Shown here in pieces: positions 20,358 through 29,253 of a DNA stretch of 64,000 bases. Position 1 is the first letter of the stretch. Every line of letters begins with the position of its first letter. A program made the translations under genes and the position numbers. The stretch lies in IMG/VR virus record IMGVR_UViG_3300025711_000239, positions 1 through 64,000 of that record, one strand, 5' to 3'. This stretch comes from a virus (Duplodnaviria > Caudoviricetes). The notes beneath the pieces are model-generated. The model did no database searches. It was not told the DNA's origin and worked only from the letters and a program-made list of their open reading frames with translations.

Positions 20358-21296
20358 ATGAAACGACAGGATCTAATTGATGAAATTTCAGAGCAGCTCG
20401 AATCGTTCAGTACACACGAAATCCCGCTCAGGGGATTAGATACCCCCGACAAAATCACAACGCTCGCCGCACAGATACTCGACAGCAAGCGTCGTATTGA
20501 GTACGTCGGAGCCATTGGTAGAAATAAGATATCCCCGCTTCGGGGAAATCCCCACAGCGATATTTTTGATCCGCTACGAGCTGCATGGTTGCATGTTTAT
20601 GAAGGGAATGTAGATGAGGCGTGCTGGCTTATTTTCCTGTCCACCCACTTTGGCAAACATCTCAAATATGGTTGGCAATTGTGCGCCGACATTTATGGTG
20701 GACTCGGTGGCGATGTATGGACTTGGGAGAAAGTGGTTGCGGAAGTGGACACCTTTCACGCCTGGTATGAGGGCTGCTATCGCCAGATGCTGGCAGACGG
20801 TCAGAAAAGAAGGTTTGGGAACCATAGAAAGTACGAATCCCTCAAACCGGACAGCAAGCGCCCCCTTCCACGCGTTATCAGCTCATACGTAGCGTGGGTA
20901 GGAAACGTAGGTAGTCACGAAGCGCGATTTGCTGAAGCCAAAGCCGCATCTAGTAGTCAGGAAGAGTACTTTGATATTCTTTACCGAAGCATGAGGGCTG
21001 TTTTGTCATTTGGGCGGGCTGGAAGGTTCGACTTTCTGACAATGCTCATCAAGTTCTGCATTATTGATGCCAAGCCGGGAACGCTGTATCTGAACGGGGC
21101 AACAGGACCTCTGGATGGCGCAAACCTTCTATTTTACGGTGAAGCGAGAAATGCGGCCAATTATAAGGTATTAGACGATCTTCTGGCGAGGCTCAGCGCC
21201 TTCATGGACATGGGACTGCTTGAAATGCAAATTCTTGAGGATGCTCTTTGCAACTGGCAGAAATCACCCTCTCGCCACGTTTACTTTGGCGGATGA
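20358..21296 (+). CDS. aGPT-Pplase clade 3 (HhH glycosylase-fold) protein
   Basis: WLIFLSTHFG, FGNHRKYES, FGRAGRFDFL, GATGP, EDALCNWQK motifs recalled for this family; next to TS-like gene. Confidence 0.72.
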   Translation: MKRQDLIDEISEQLESFSTHEIPLRGLDTPDKITTLAAQILDSKRRIEYVGAIGRNKISPLRGNPHSDIFDPLRAAWLHVYEGNVDEACWLIFLSTHFGKHLKYGWQLCADIYGGLGGDVWTWEKVVAEVDTFHAWYEGCYRQMLADGQKRRFGNHRKYESLKPDSKRPLPRVISSYVAWVGNVGSHEARFAEAKAASSSQEEYFDILYRSMRAVLSFGRAGRFDFLTMLIKFCIIDAKPGTLYLNGATGPLDGANLLFYGEARNAANYKVLDDLLARLSAFMDMGLLEMQILEDALCNWQKSPSRHVYFGG

Positions 21297-21298
21297 TT

Positions 21299-22381
21299 TC
21301 AGGACAGATCTTCACGGTTATATTTGACTTTGAATTTGGCAAAATGATCAAAGGGAATTTTTTGGGCGTGCTGTAACTGCCCCAGCACTATCCCTTTTGA
21401 TACACCAATTTTCCGAGCAAATTTAATAATATTTTTCCAATTTCGCCCACTCAGCTTGTCAAACTCTGCACGGTATGCTGGGGGAATCAGGACGTTGCTG
21501 GAAAACTCGTTTGCTTCCTGTTCTTCTTTTTCAGAAAGGCCACTCATTCCTTCTATGCGGTGCTGTTCACAGTTGTGCAGAACCAGATGGCCAATCTCAT
21601 GGAACAACGTAAACCAAAAATGATCGTCTCTGAGATACCGAAAACTCATTATTAGTGTCGCTTTGCCAGACTCAAAAAAACAGGTAGCGCCGCTTGCTGG
21701 ACAACCTGTTGGCGTTGGCAGGATCACAAGCGCTACACCAGCGTCAGCGAGTATGCTGCGTATCGCAGGAAGAAATACTTTGGGATCAGCTTCAAGAGAA
21801 TGTTTTCTTAAAGCTTCTAGGCTGCCTTTAAGTATTTCCTTATCCCATGCATAAGTTCTCTGTTTTCGCGAAATATATTCAGCTTTCTTGAGCCAAGTTA
21901 TTACGGCCATTTCTTCCGTTCTGAAAGCTTCAGATTTTCTGAAAGCTATAGCAGTCTGTTTACTTTTATAATAATCAAACCATTCAGGTACAGATGAAAC
22001 GCCGAAAAAACTCAGGCAATACTCTACTTTTTTATTACCACTCAGGCCCTTCGGGATCCAACCCAGTTTACTCATATCTGACGTAGGCAGAGACTGAACC
22101 CATTCATTATTTTGGCGAATGATGGCATCTTTATGTTGGCGATATTTATTTTCACGACTGAGCCAGAAAGTCGTGCTGACATTGAAGAGAGATTCAAGTT
22201 TGTTGGCAATCTTCTCAGTGAGAATAAGCTCACCAGAAATCAACTCACGACTTTTAATCATGGAAAGGCCAACTCTTTTACTGAGCTCTTCTTCGTTGAA
22301 ACCAAGTTCATCCATGAGGTCTATTATGGTATCTCCGGGGGCTGACACCCAATCCGTGTTAAATCCGTTATCAGAAACCAT
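21299..22381 (-). CDS. HigA-like HTH fused to ImmA/IrrE metallopeptidase
   Basis: PGDTI HTH N-terminus; FWFTLFHEIGH zinc motif; EQEAN. Confidence 0.9.
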   Translation of the reverse strand: MVSDNGFNTDWVSAPGDTIIDLMDELGFNEEELSKRVGLSMIKSRELISGELILTEKIANKLESLFNVSTTFWLSRENKYRQHKDAIIRQNNEWVQSLPTSDMSKLGWIPKGLSGNKKVEYCLSFFGVSSVPEWFDYYKSKQTAIAFRKSEAFRTEEMAVITWLKKAEYISRKQRTYAWDKEILKGSLEALRKHSLEADPKVFLPAIRSILADAGVALVILPTPTGCPASGATCFFESGKATLIMSFRYLRDDHFWFTLFHEIGHLVLHNCEQHRIEGMSGLSEKEEQEANEFSSNVLIPPAYRAEFDKLSGRNWKNIIKFARKIGVSKGIVLGQLQHAQKIPFDHFAKFKVKYNREDLS

Positions 22382-22706
22382 AATCTTCGCCTATATGAAC
22401 CAATTTCAACCGAGTTACCCGACCCCAATCAAGTGAATTGTCTGCCTGACGGGGTGGTTTGAGATGACCATTTACAAAGTACATCTTAACGCCTTCGCTA
22501 AGGTTAATTGTAACGTAATCGCATCCATTTTCGCATAAAAACTCTGTTTTAAGAAAACTTGGAAGCTCAGCTATCGATGCTGAAGACCAGATATCAGCAC
22601 ACCGCACGCGCAGTTTTGCAGCTACGGCATCACCGAACAAATTTATCCCTGCTTCTTTAAACTCAACTGAATCTCTGAGTTCGGAACTGTCACAAAAAAT
22701 CTGCAA
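22371..22706 (-). CDS. HigB/RelE-like partner protein
   Basis: Overlaps the antitoxin start; probable TTG start at 22706; DWGRVTRLKL C-terminus. Confidence 0.6.
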   Translation of the reverse strand: MQIFCDSSELRDSVEFKEAGINLFGDAVAAKLRVRCADIWSSASIAELPSFLKTEFLCENGCDYVTINLSEGVKMYFVNGHLKPPRQADNSLDWGRVTRLKLVHIGEDYGF

Positions 22707-23071
22707 TGGGTTACCAACGCTGAGCGATTTATCAGAGAATATTATATTGTAATGTATAAAAAATCCACGGTTTAACGGGCAGGTACATGAGGATGTCAAT
22801 GAAATTTCAATAATTACGCTCACCGCTTAATTGAAACTGTCATCTAGGAACAGTGAACAAAGCTTATAACTAAAATCTCCACATTTTTCCGCTGTAGCTC
22901 TCTGGTCCTACCCACGAAATGCGAACTCACTTTGTTGCGGCCAATATTGATCTTCATTCGGCATTCTATTCTTTATCATCCATTTGGAACGCACCATGAC
23001 TAGTAAGCAGCGCATAAAGTACTAAGGGTACCTGACCAACTCTCCGTTGATTCACTCATAACGCTGTTAGC

Positions 23072-23100
23072 AATGTCCGCTTTTCGCTCAAAGCAGACTG
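23072..23100 (-). repeat. Palindromic site, inverted orientation
   Basis: Reverse complement CAGTCTGCTTTGAGCGAAAAGCGGACATT. Confidence 0.75.
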
Positions 23101-23175
23101 TCAGATTTAATGATGTGCAGCCAGTGAAAACCGTCAGCTCAAGTCTGAGCTGACGCATATTATGAACCAGTAAAA

Positions 23176-24552
23176 TTAGTTCGTTGCCTGCGCGCTGACA
23201 GACTCGAAAATGGCAAAGCTTAACCCCTTCCCTTCACCAAATTCCTCCTCAATTTCTCCTGATACAGCCGTTAGCACATCATTCAGCGTCAGCTCACCGC
23301 CGCCGAACATATCCCCCAACGCCTGCTGCTGGTGTAACAGCTCGTCATTGATCTTTTGCCCCATCTTTTTAAACGCGGCCCCGATACGTTTTGCGCTGCG
23401 GTTGTTTGCCACGATAAACAGCGCCAGCGCTTCGGCCTCTTTGCTGGATTCTTCAAATAATCCCTGCTGCGCCAGCACTTCCTGTATGGCCTGTCCGCTG
23501 TCTTTAGCCTGGCGCACAAGCTTAATAGCATCCTGCAGCGCGGCGATTGCCTGCTGGTCGAGACCATCAACCGACTGCACGCCGTCCACCAGCCCGGTGA
23601 CGGCCTGCCGGTGAACGTCTCCGGATAGCATCTGCATCTGTGCAAACTCGCTTGCCGCCGTGTTGAGCGCCGTCAGGATGTTACGCATTTCTGGATCGGG
23701 CTCTTCGGATACCAGCTTAACCAGGCGTTCGTCTTTGTAGGCGCGGGCAAAGATCGCATTCTGCATGCGGTCAATCAGCTGCTTCGTCGGGCGCCCGTCT
23801 TCGGTTAGCAGCCCTGCCGTCGCAGTGTCGCCAATCTCTTTCATGAACGCCCGAATAAAGCCGTCATTTGAGCGCGCCAGAAGGTTGCCGTCGTCGGACG
23901 GATTGAAGATGGCCATCAGACTCTCGTCGAGCATTTCAGCATCAACAAAAGCCTTTTCACTCGCGGCCATTTCCTGCAAATCCGAAAGGTTGGAGTCTTT
24001 CGCAAACTGCGCACGATCAACATCAGTAATACGCTCACGCACCAGTACCGGCATATCCATCTGCGCGATATCGGATGCCTTCAGGCCATAGTCTTTAGCG
24101 TGGTCAATCAGGTATTGGCGATACTCGTCGGCCTGCCCCTGCTCATAGGCACGAGTGATCCCCATCGAACGGCCATTGCCTGACTCAACCACATTATCAG
24201 CGCCCACAATTGGCGCGCCGTGGCTGCTCATGCCTGAATCTGTCAGCTTTGCTGGTCGAAGGTTGCCCGCGATTTTGGATACCTGCACTTTGCTGGTCAG
24301 ACGGGTGCGGTCGCGTGGCTGTAGTTCAGCCGGGAAAAGTGGGTTTATGGTACCGTCGAGGTTGTTAGAAATAATCAGGTGGCGCGCATCCACCACCTTA
24401 AACGCGGTCTTCACTTCCTGCCCTTTACCAGTGACAACGTATGACGATCGCCCCGTCATGGTCTGCGCTTTACGCAGTGAGCCCACCAGCCCAATCAGGG
24501 CAAATATGCTGCCAGCGTCGCTCAGCAGATTTCGTAATTTCTCGTTAAGCAT
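23176..24552 (-). CDS. ddrB: DdrB-like ParB-fold protein, short form
   Basis: ELQPRDR, GAPIV, VESGNGR motifs; follows darA-ddrA. Confidence 0.75.
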   Translation of the reverse strand: MLNEKLRNLLSDAGSIFALIGLVGSLRKAQTMTGRSSYVVTGKGQEVKTAFKVVDARHLIISNNLDGTINPLFPAELQPRDRTRLTSKVQVSKIAGNLRPAKLTDSGMSSHGAPIVGADNVVESGNGRSMGITRAYEQGQADEYRQYLIDHAKDYGLKASDIAQMDMPVLVRERITDVDRAQFAKDSNLSDLQEMAASEKAFVDAEMLDESLMAIFNPSDDGNLLARSNDGFIRAFMKEIGDTATAGLLTEDGRPTKQLIDRMQNAIFARAYKDERLVKLVSEEPDPEMRNILTALNTAASEFAQMQMLSGDVHRQAVTGLVDGVQSVDGLDQQAIAALQDAIKLVRQAKDSGQAIQEVLAQQGLFEESSKEAEALALFIVANNRSAKRIGAAFKKMGQKINDELLHQQQALGDMFGGGELTLNDVLTAVSGEIEEEFGEGKGLSFAIFESVSAQATN

Positions 24553-24597
24553 TTTGATCCCAGGAATAAAAAAACCCCGCCGAAACGGGGTTGATGT

Positions 24598-24993
24598 TTA
24601 AGCAGAGAGGCCACTGGCGGCTATCCAGCTGGCGGTCTGTTTTCTCGCGTCGTCGAGCTCCAGATAAACGCCGATGTAGTCACCAACGCGGCGCAGCGTC
24701 TCAACAAAATCAAGCTGCGCCTGGCTGGTAAACTTACTGGCCAGAAAGTCAGTAACCACTTCGGGAACGGGCTGATCTTCCTTCACGGGTTCCAGCTCTG
24801 GCTCAGTTACCGGCGCGGGTGCCGGTTCGCTGGTGGGGGGTACTGGCGCAGCGCCATACCCCAGTTGGAGCATGATTGCCTCCATCTGGTCATTGAGATC
24901 CAGAAGGTCCAGCCCCTTAACGGTCGGGGCTTTGATAATCAGCTCGTCCAACTGGTCCGCTAAATCTAGCTTTTGCAGTGCGGTTAAGGTCAT
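24598..24993 (-). CDS. ddrA: DdrA-like protein
   Basis: LDLADQLDEL...QLGYG; directly after darA. Confidence 0.7.
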   Translation of the reverse strand: MTLTALQKLDLADQLDELIIKAPTVKGLDLLDLNDQMEAIMLQLGYGAAPVPPTSEPAPAPVTEPELEPVKEDQPVPEVVTDFLASKFTSQAQLDFVETLRRVGDYIGVYLELDDARKQTASWIAASGLSA

Positions 24994-27215
24994 GCGGCCA
25001 CCCCGTTACGCTGCACGGCCACCAGCAGATTGCTAAGGTGCTGCACAGCGTAATTGACCAGCGATTCGTTTTCATCGAATAAACCCGCGGCCGTCAGTGC
25101 GGCAATAGCCTCACGGACCTGGTTGCGGCCAGCACGGATCACGTCCATATCGTCGGTATCGAGCGAGGTCAGCCCCTGAAGGTAATCAATCGCCTTCTGT
25201 GCTTCCGTGTCTGCTTCCGGCACTGGCTCCGGCTGCGGTTCTGATTGTGGCTCTGGCTGCGGGGCTGGCTCTGGCTCAGAGGTGCTTAGTTCCTCCACCA
25301 GCGGAATACGCTTGCCGGTGATCATCGCGGCTTCTACAGCCTTCAGATACTCAGGGATTTGATTAGCTTCCACATAGTCCGCCGCCTGCTTCATCTGCTC
25401 ACTGCCATAACCCAGCGCTTCGGCCCAGGCATTTACTAGGTCAGACGCCCAGCCTACGAGATCGCCCAGGCGTTTCGCCGCCATCCAGAACGGGTCTGTA
25501 TTTTCACGATCGTCAGTCACGTCAGTCACGTCAGTCACGTCAGTCTCTTCCTGCTTTGGTTCACCTGCTGCCAGGGTCTGCAATCTGGCGTTAATGGCCT
25601 GATTGAAATAGACCAGGTCTTCACCTTCGGGATAGGCCACGCCAGTCAGGTTTTTACGGGCAACCATGCGCACCTGTTTTGCGTAAGTGTCCGGGTCTTC
25701 TGTGGACATTTCCAGATACTGCGCGGCGTAATCGCTCATCTTGTCGGCCACGGTTACGACCAGCGCATCGAGATCTGCATGCGTCGGGATTAGCTTCAGC
25801 TCAAAGTCAGCAATCTCTTTGTCAGTAAGCGGACGGTCGTAGGAAATGATGCCGTTACGCGCAACGCCGCTATATGGCTGGCCTTCTGCTGGCTGGTCGG
25901 CAACGGAGGCATATTCAGGCGGTACCGCGCCGATACCCACTGGCCGGTTTACCAGCGCATAACGCCAGACGGCTGCGGGTTTAACAGGATCGGGTTGTGG
26001 CTCTGGCTCTGGCTCTGGTTCTGGTTGCGGCGCCGGTTCAGGCTGTGGCGTCGGTTCAGGTTGCGGCTCCTGCGTCGATACTGGCTCAGCACTGACACGG
26101 TATTTATCCGCCGCGCCGGTGCGGTAGGCCTTCAGCAGTTTGGTAGCCGCTTTACCCATATCCGCGCCTTGGCTGGATTTGGACGGCATTTCAAACGTGG
26201 TCCCGTCCGCTTTGGTGATGATCACCTTGCCTTCAAGCTCGCCGTCCTGGTCATAGCTGTGATAGCGGACCGTCGCGGCGTTGCTCAGCGTCGCCTGTCC
26301 GTCTATGTTCAGGCGCGCTTTAACCTGGATAGTGCGATCGCTGAAAGTGTCCGTGCTTTCAGGCTCACTGGCTTTCGCCTGCTGCAGTGCCGCCAGCTGG
26401 CCGGTAAGGTCGGCATTAATCTGGCGCTGGGCTGCGACTTTGCCGCGCAGCATCTGCTCATTGTCCTGCTGCGTCTGCACGCGTGCGGTCTGTGTGTCCA
26501 CCACTTCCAGTAGTGCCGATTGCTGCTCTGCCAGCTTGTCAGTTTCCGCCTGGGTAGTTTCCACTTCGGCGCGCAGCTTAGCCTGGGCGTCCTTCTGCTT
26601 TGTGAATTTGCCACTGTTCTTCTCAATCAGGTTTGAAAGCGCCTGCGTGACCTGCTGCAGCGACACATCCCGTCCGCCAATCGGGGCCACGATGTGCGTC
26701 ACGTCGCGCTTGTTGATCAGGAACTGGAACGCCACCAGCGTATCCTGATTGCGGATCTTACCGTTGTCAGCAGTTGGAGAGTGGAACACCAGCGACACGC
26801 TTTGCCCGTCTGATAACGGGATTAGCGCACTCATAACCGGTATGCTGGCCACACGGCGCACTTTGCCAATCACCGCGCCGCCCACAGTTTTTTGCCCGGT
26901 AGTATCCGCGCCTGCATCGTCCGTACCGGCGCTGATATTGGTTCCATTCAGGCCACGGTTTAAGGCCTTCACGAAGGCGCGCATGGTCTGCGCCAGACGC
27001 ATGCGCTCGGTGCTGATCGCCTCAAACATCGCACCCGGCACCAGGCTTTCATTTCCCAGGTAGGTGTGATCGATATCGTCGATAGTGGCGCTTTCCAGCA
27101 TCATATCCGCGCTGCTGCCGGTCATCAGGCCGTCGTAAACCGCCTGCGCCAGCATTGCGCCCGGTGTGTGGCTTCGCAGGTCCAGCACCATGCGGTTGCT
27201 TAAAATCTCATTCAT
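24990..27215 (-). CDS. darA: Defence against restriction DarA
   Basis: LSDGQSVSLVFHSP, DVTHIVAP, YALVNRP..GAVP; Pro/Glu linkers. Confidence 0.85.
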   Translation of the reverse strand: MNEILSNRMVLDLRSHTPGAMLAQAVYDGLMTGSSADMMLESATIDDIDHTYLGNESLVPGAMFEAISTERMRLAQTMRAFVKALNRGLNGTNISAGTDDAGADTTGQKTVGGAVIGKVRRVASIPVMSALIPLSDGQSVSLVFHSPTADNGKIRNQDTLVAFQFLINKRDVTHIVAPIGGRDVSLQQVTQALSNLIEKNSGKFTKQKDAQAKLRAEVETTQAETDKLAEQQSALLEVVDTQTARVQTQQDNEQMLRGKVAAQRQINADLTGQLAALQQAKASEPESTDTFSDRTIQVKARLNIDGQATLSNAATVRYHSYDQDGELEGKVIITKADGTTFEMPSKSSQGADMGKAATKLLKAYRTGAADKYRVSAEPVSTQEPQPEPTPQPEPAPQPEPEPEPEPQPDPVKPAAVWRYALVNRPVGIGAVPPEYASVADQPAEGQPYSGVARNGIISYDRPLTDKEIADFELKLIPTHADLDALVVTVADKMSDYAAQYLEMSTEDPDTYAKQVRMVARKNLTGVAYPEGEDLVYFNQAINARLQTLAAGEPKQEETDVTDVTDVTDDRENTDPFWMAAKRLGDLVGWASDLVNAWAEALGYGSEQMKQAADYVEANQIPEYLKAVEAAMITGKRIPLVEELSTSEPEPAPQPEPQSEPQPEPVPEADTEAQKAIDYLQGLTSLDTDDMDVIRAGRNQVREAIAALTAAGLFDENESLVNYAVQHLSNLLVAVQRNGVAA

Positions 27216-27832
27216 TCTGCTGCCTCTTCCAGTTGGGCGATTTGCTCTTTCAGCTGGCGGGTGATCGCCTGCTCCTGATTAAGCTCGGTCTGTAAGCTGT
27301 CCGCGTTTTTCTGTGCCGCATCGGCATCCCGCGTCAGCTGCTCTGCCTTCGCCTGGGTTTCCGCGATCCCCGCTTTGTAGGCGTCACACTGCTGGCGCAC
27401 TTCGGCCAGCAGCTGCACCGATGATTTCACGCCGCGTTTTGGTTGCGGTGAGTCATCCTTGCTGGCGGCGGCGCGTGCCATCTTGCGTGCCAGCGCCTTC
27501 TGAAATGCCGTTGAGCCTTTCTTAAACAGCGCGGCCAGCTGGCGTCCGAGATCGGGGATCGTGGTGACGTGGGTAAACGGCACGTTTTTGCCGTTCAGCT
27601 TCAGACCGGAAATGTCGCCGCTGTCGTTGACCTGCACGGTCATGACCTGCCCATCCATACCGGTGAGACTGAAGGTTTTAGTGGGTACACCATCCTTTTT
27701 CCGGGCTGCGCCGGAGGCGGTGATTTTGGCCACCTCAAAGCCGCTGATGGCGATCGCCTTTTTCAGCTTAGCCAGCCCTTTTTCGTTGAGCTCGTCAAAG
27801 CTAAGCAGGACGTAGGTCTTAGGATTCGACAT
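27212..27832 (-). CDS. hdf: Hdf (DarA N-terminal homologue)
   Basis: FDELNEKGL...KKDGV; between lydB and darA. Confidence 0.78.
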   Translation of the reverse strand: MSNPKTYVLLSFDELNEKGLAKLKKAIAISGFEVAKITASGAARKKDGVPTKTFSLTGMDGQVMTVQVNDSGDISGLKLNGKNVPFTHVTTIPDLGRQLAALFKKGSTAFQKALARKMARAAASKDDSPQPKRGVKSSVQLLAEVRQQCDAYKAGIAETQAKAEQLTRDADAAQKNADSLQTELNQEQAITRQLKEQIAQLEEAAE

Positions 27833-28274
27833 GGTATTCCCCCTGCTCTGACTTACTAAGCTGGTAAGTTCGGGTGACGGTATCCTGCAGCGGGAAAATA
27901 CGGTAAAGGGGATTAAGACGGCTGTTACCGTGAGTGACACGGACTGTCAGATACCATTCACCCGGCTCCAGATAACGCGTATCGATCAGTAGAAACTCTT
28001 CACTCACGCCTTTTGGCGAAAGGTCCAGCGTGCGCTGTTTGCCGGAGATAACCACTGTCGGATCGTTACTGTCGCGCAGCCAGTACTCAATTTTTGCCCC
28101 CGCCAGTTTGCCCGCGCAGGCAATGTTAAAGCGGACCGGGAATGCCAGGGCGTTGTCACGTACCACCGCTACACCGCAACTCAGTAATGCCACTTTTTTA
28201 CGGGCAATTGCGCAGCGATCAAATACCATCGCCGCCGCCATCGCTGTAATAAACAGATTCTGGTAATCAATCAT
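27819..28274 (-). CDS. lydB: LydB antiholin-like protein
   Basis: Synteny; NPLYRIFP motif. Confidence 0.7.
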   Translation of the reverse strand: MIDYQNLFITAMAAAMVFDRCAIARKKVALLSCGVAVVRDNALAFPVRFNIACAGKLAGAKIEYWLRDSNDPTVVISGKQRTLDLSPKGVSEEFLLIDTRYLEPGEWYLTVRVTHGNSRLNPLYRIFPLQDTVTRTYQLSKSEQGEYHVES

Positions 28275-28588
28275 TGGCCGGAGCCTCCTTTTGACCCAAA
28301 TACGCCGTTTATTGCCGCAATGAGTCGTTCTTTAAATACAGTTGAGAGTTCACGCCAGTTGTTGCTTGCAACTAACACGGCGAGGTAAATCACGATTTCG
28401 TCCAGTCCTTGCTGTCGCGCAAAAAAATAAGCCGTCAGTCCGGTAATCAGCGCCAGCACCAGCTCGGTGGTGAAATTGAATACGTTTGGTTTGATCCGGT
28501 ATTCGCGCACTCCCAGCAGGAATACGCCTGTGCCGCTTAGCAAAGACAGGAGAAGCGAAACCGCGAGCATTTTTTCTACGTCGGTCAC
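28271..28588 (-). CDS. lydA: LydA holin
   Basis: 105 aa, three hydrophobic segments, VASNN; synteny. Confidence 0.78.
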   Translation of the reverse strand: MTDVEKMLAVSLLLSLLSGTGVFLLGVREYRIKPNVFNFTTELVLALITGLTAYFFARQQGLDEIVIYLAVLVASNNWRELSTVFKERLIAAINGVFGSKGGSGQ

Positions 28589-28623
28589 ATACCCCCCTTA
28601 GCACCTGGTAATCAGGTGGCGTG

Positions 28624-28644
28624 AGAGTACGGAGTCTGTAATTT
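28624..28644 (-). promoter_or_regulatory. Putative late promoter, lysis/dar operon
   Basis: AAATTACAGACTCCG-TACTCT, one of five aligned copies. Confidence 0.65.
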
Positions 28645-28712
28645 AGAGAGGTAACGAAAAACAGCGCCCGGAGGCGCTGTTTAGAGTGGGATACGGTTAT
28701 TTAGCCGCGTTT

Positions 28713-29252
28713 TTAATGGTCAGAGACGGGCGAAGGTACGGCTGGCCAGATGAGGGATTCAGTGGAGGACAGATCCATTGCCTTGAGCGCTTTTACATAG
28801 GCATTCCACTTCTTCAGAGAAGTACGGTCTTCATCACTGATTTCATCCAGTAACAGATCGTTTTGCCATTCATTCATAGTTTGCCGGGCCTCTGCGATTC
28901 GCTTATCACGCTCCGCCTCTGCCTGGTCTATCAATTCACGCGAACTATATACACGCGGAACAACAACCCCATCTACAAGTGACCATTTTCCTGACACATC
29001 AGCCTCTGCAGGTACATTTTCAGGGTTTAATTCAGTAACACTTAAATTAACCGGCCAAATCATAGATGCGTCTTTTTCGATGAAGCGAACAATGCCTTTA
29101 TCATCATAAGCAACTTTAATGGTTTCTTCGGAAAATTTATTGAGATGATAATACCAATCAAGACCATCTTCGGTGTGCAGGAAATAAGCACCTGGAACAA
29201 TCAGGTCACGATATTCATTCTCATATGATGTTAAATTTTTGAGAGTTAGCAT
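28713..29252 (-). CDS. Tail fibre assembly chaperone
   Basis: EDGLDWY...LKKWNAYVKAL...IWPAVP. Confidence 0.9.
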   Translation of the reverse strand: MLTLKNLTSYENEYRDLIVPGAYFLHTEDGLDWYYHLNKFSEETIKVAYDDKGIVRFIEKDASMIWPVNLSVTELNPENVPAEADVSGKWSLVDGVVVPRVYSSRELIDQAEAERDKRIAEARQTMNEWQNDLLLDEISDEDRTSLKKWNAYVKALKAMDLSSTESLIWPAVPSPVSDH

Positions 29253-29253
29253 T

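Noticed and set aside
10953-23100. Classical integron attC sites or REP/ERIC elements
   Set aside because: Too short, no RYYYAAC/GTTRRRY ends, no IntI, and no match to REP/ERIC consensus as recalled
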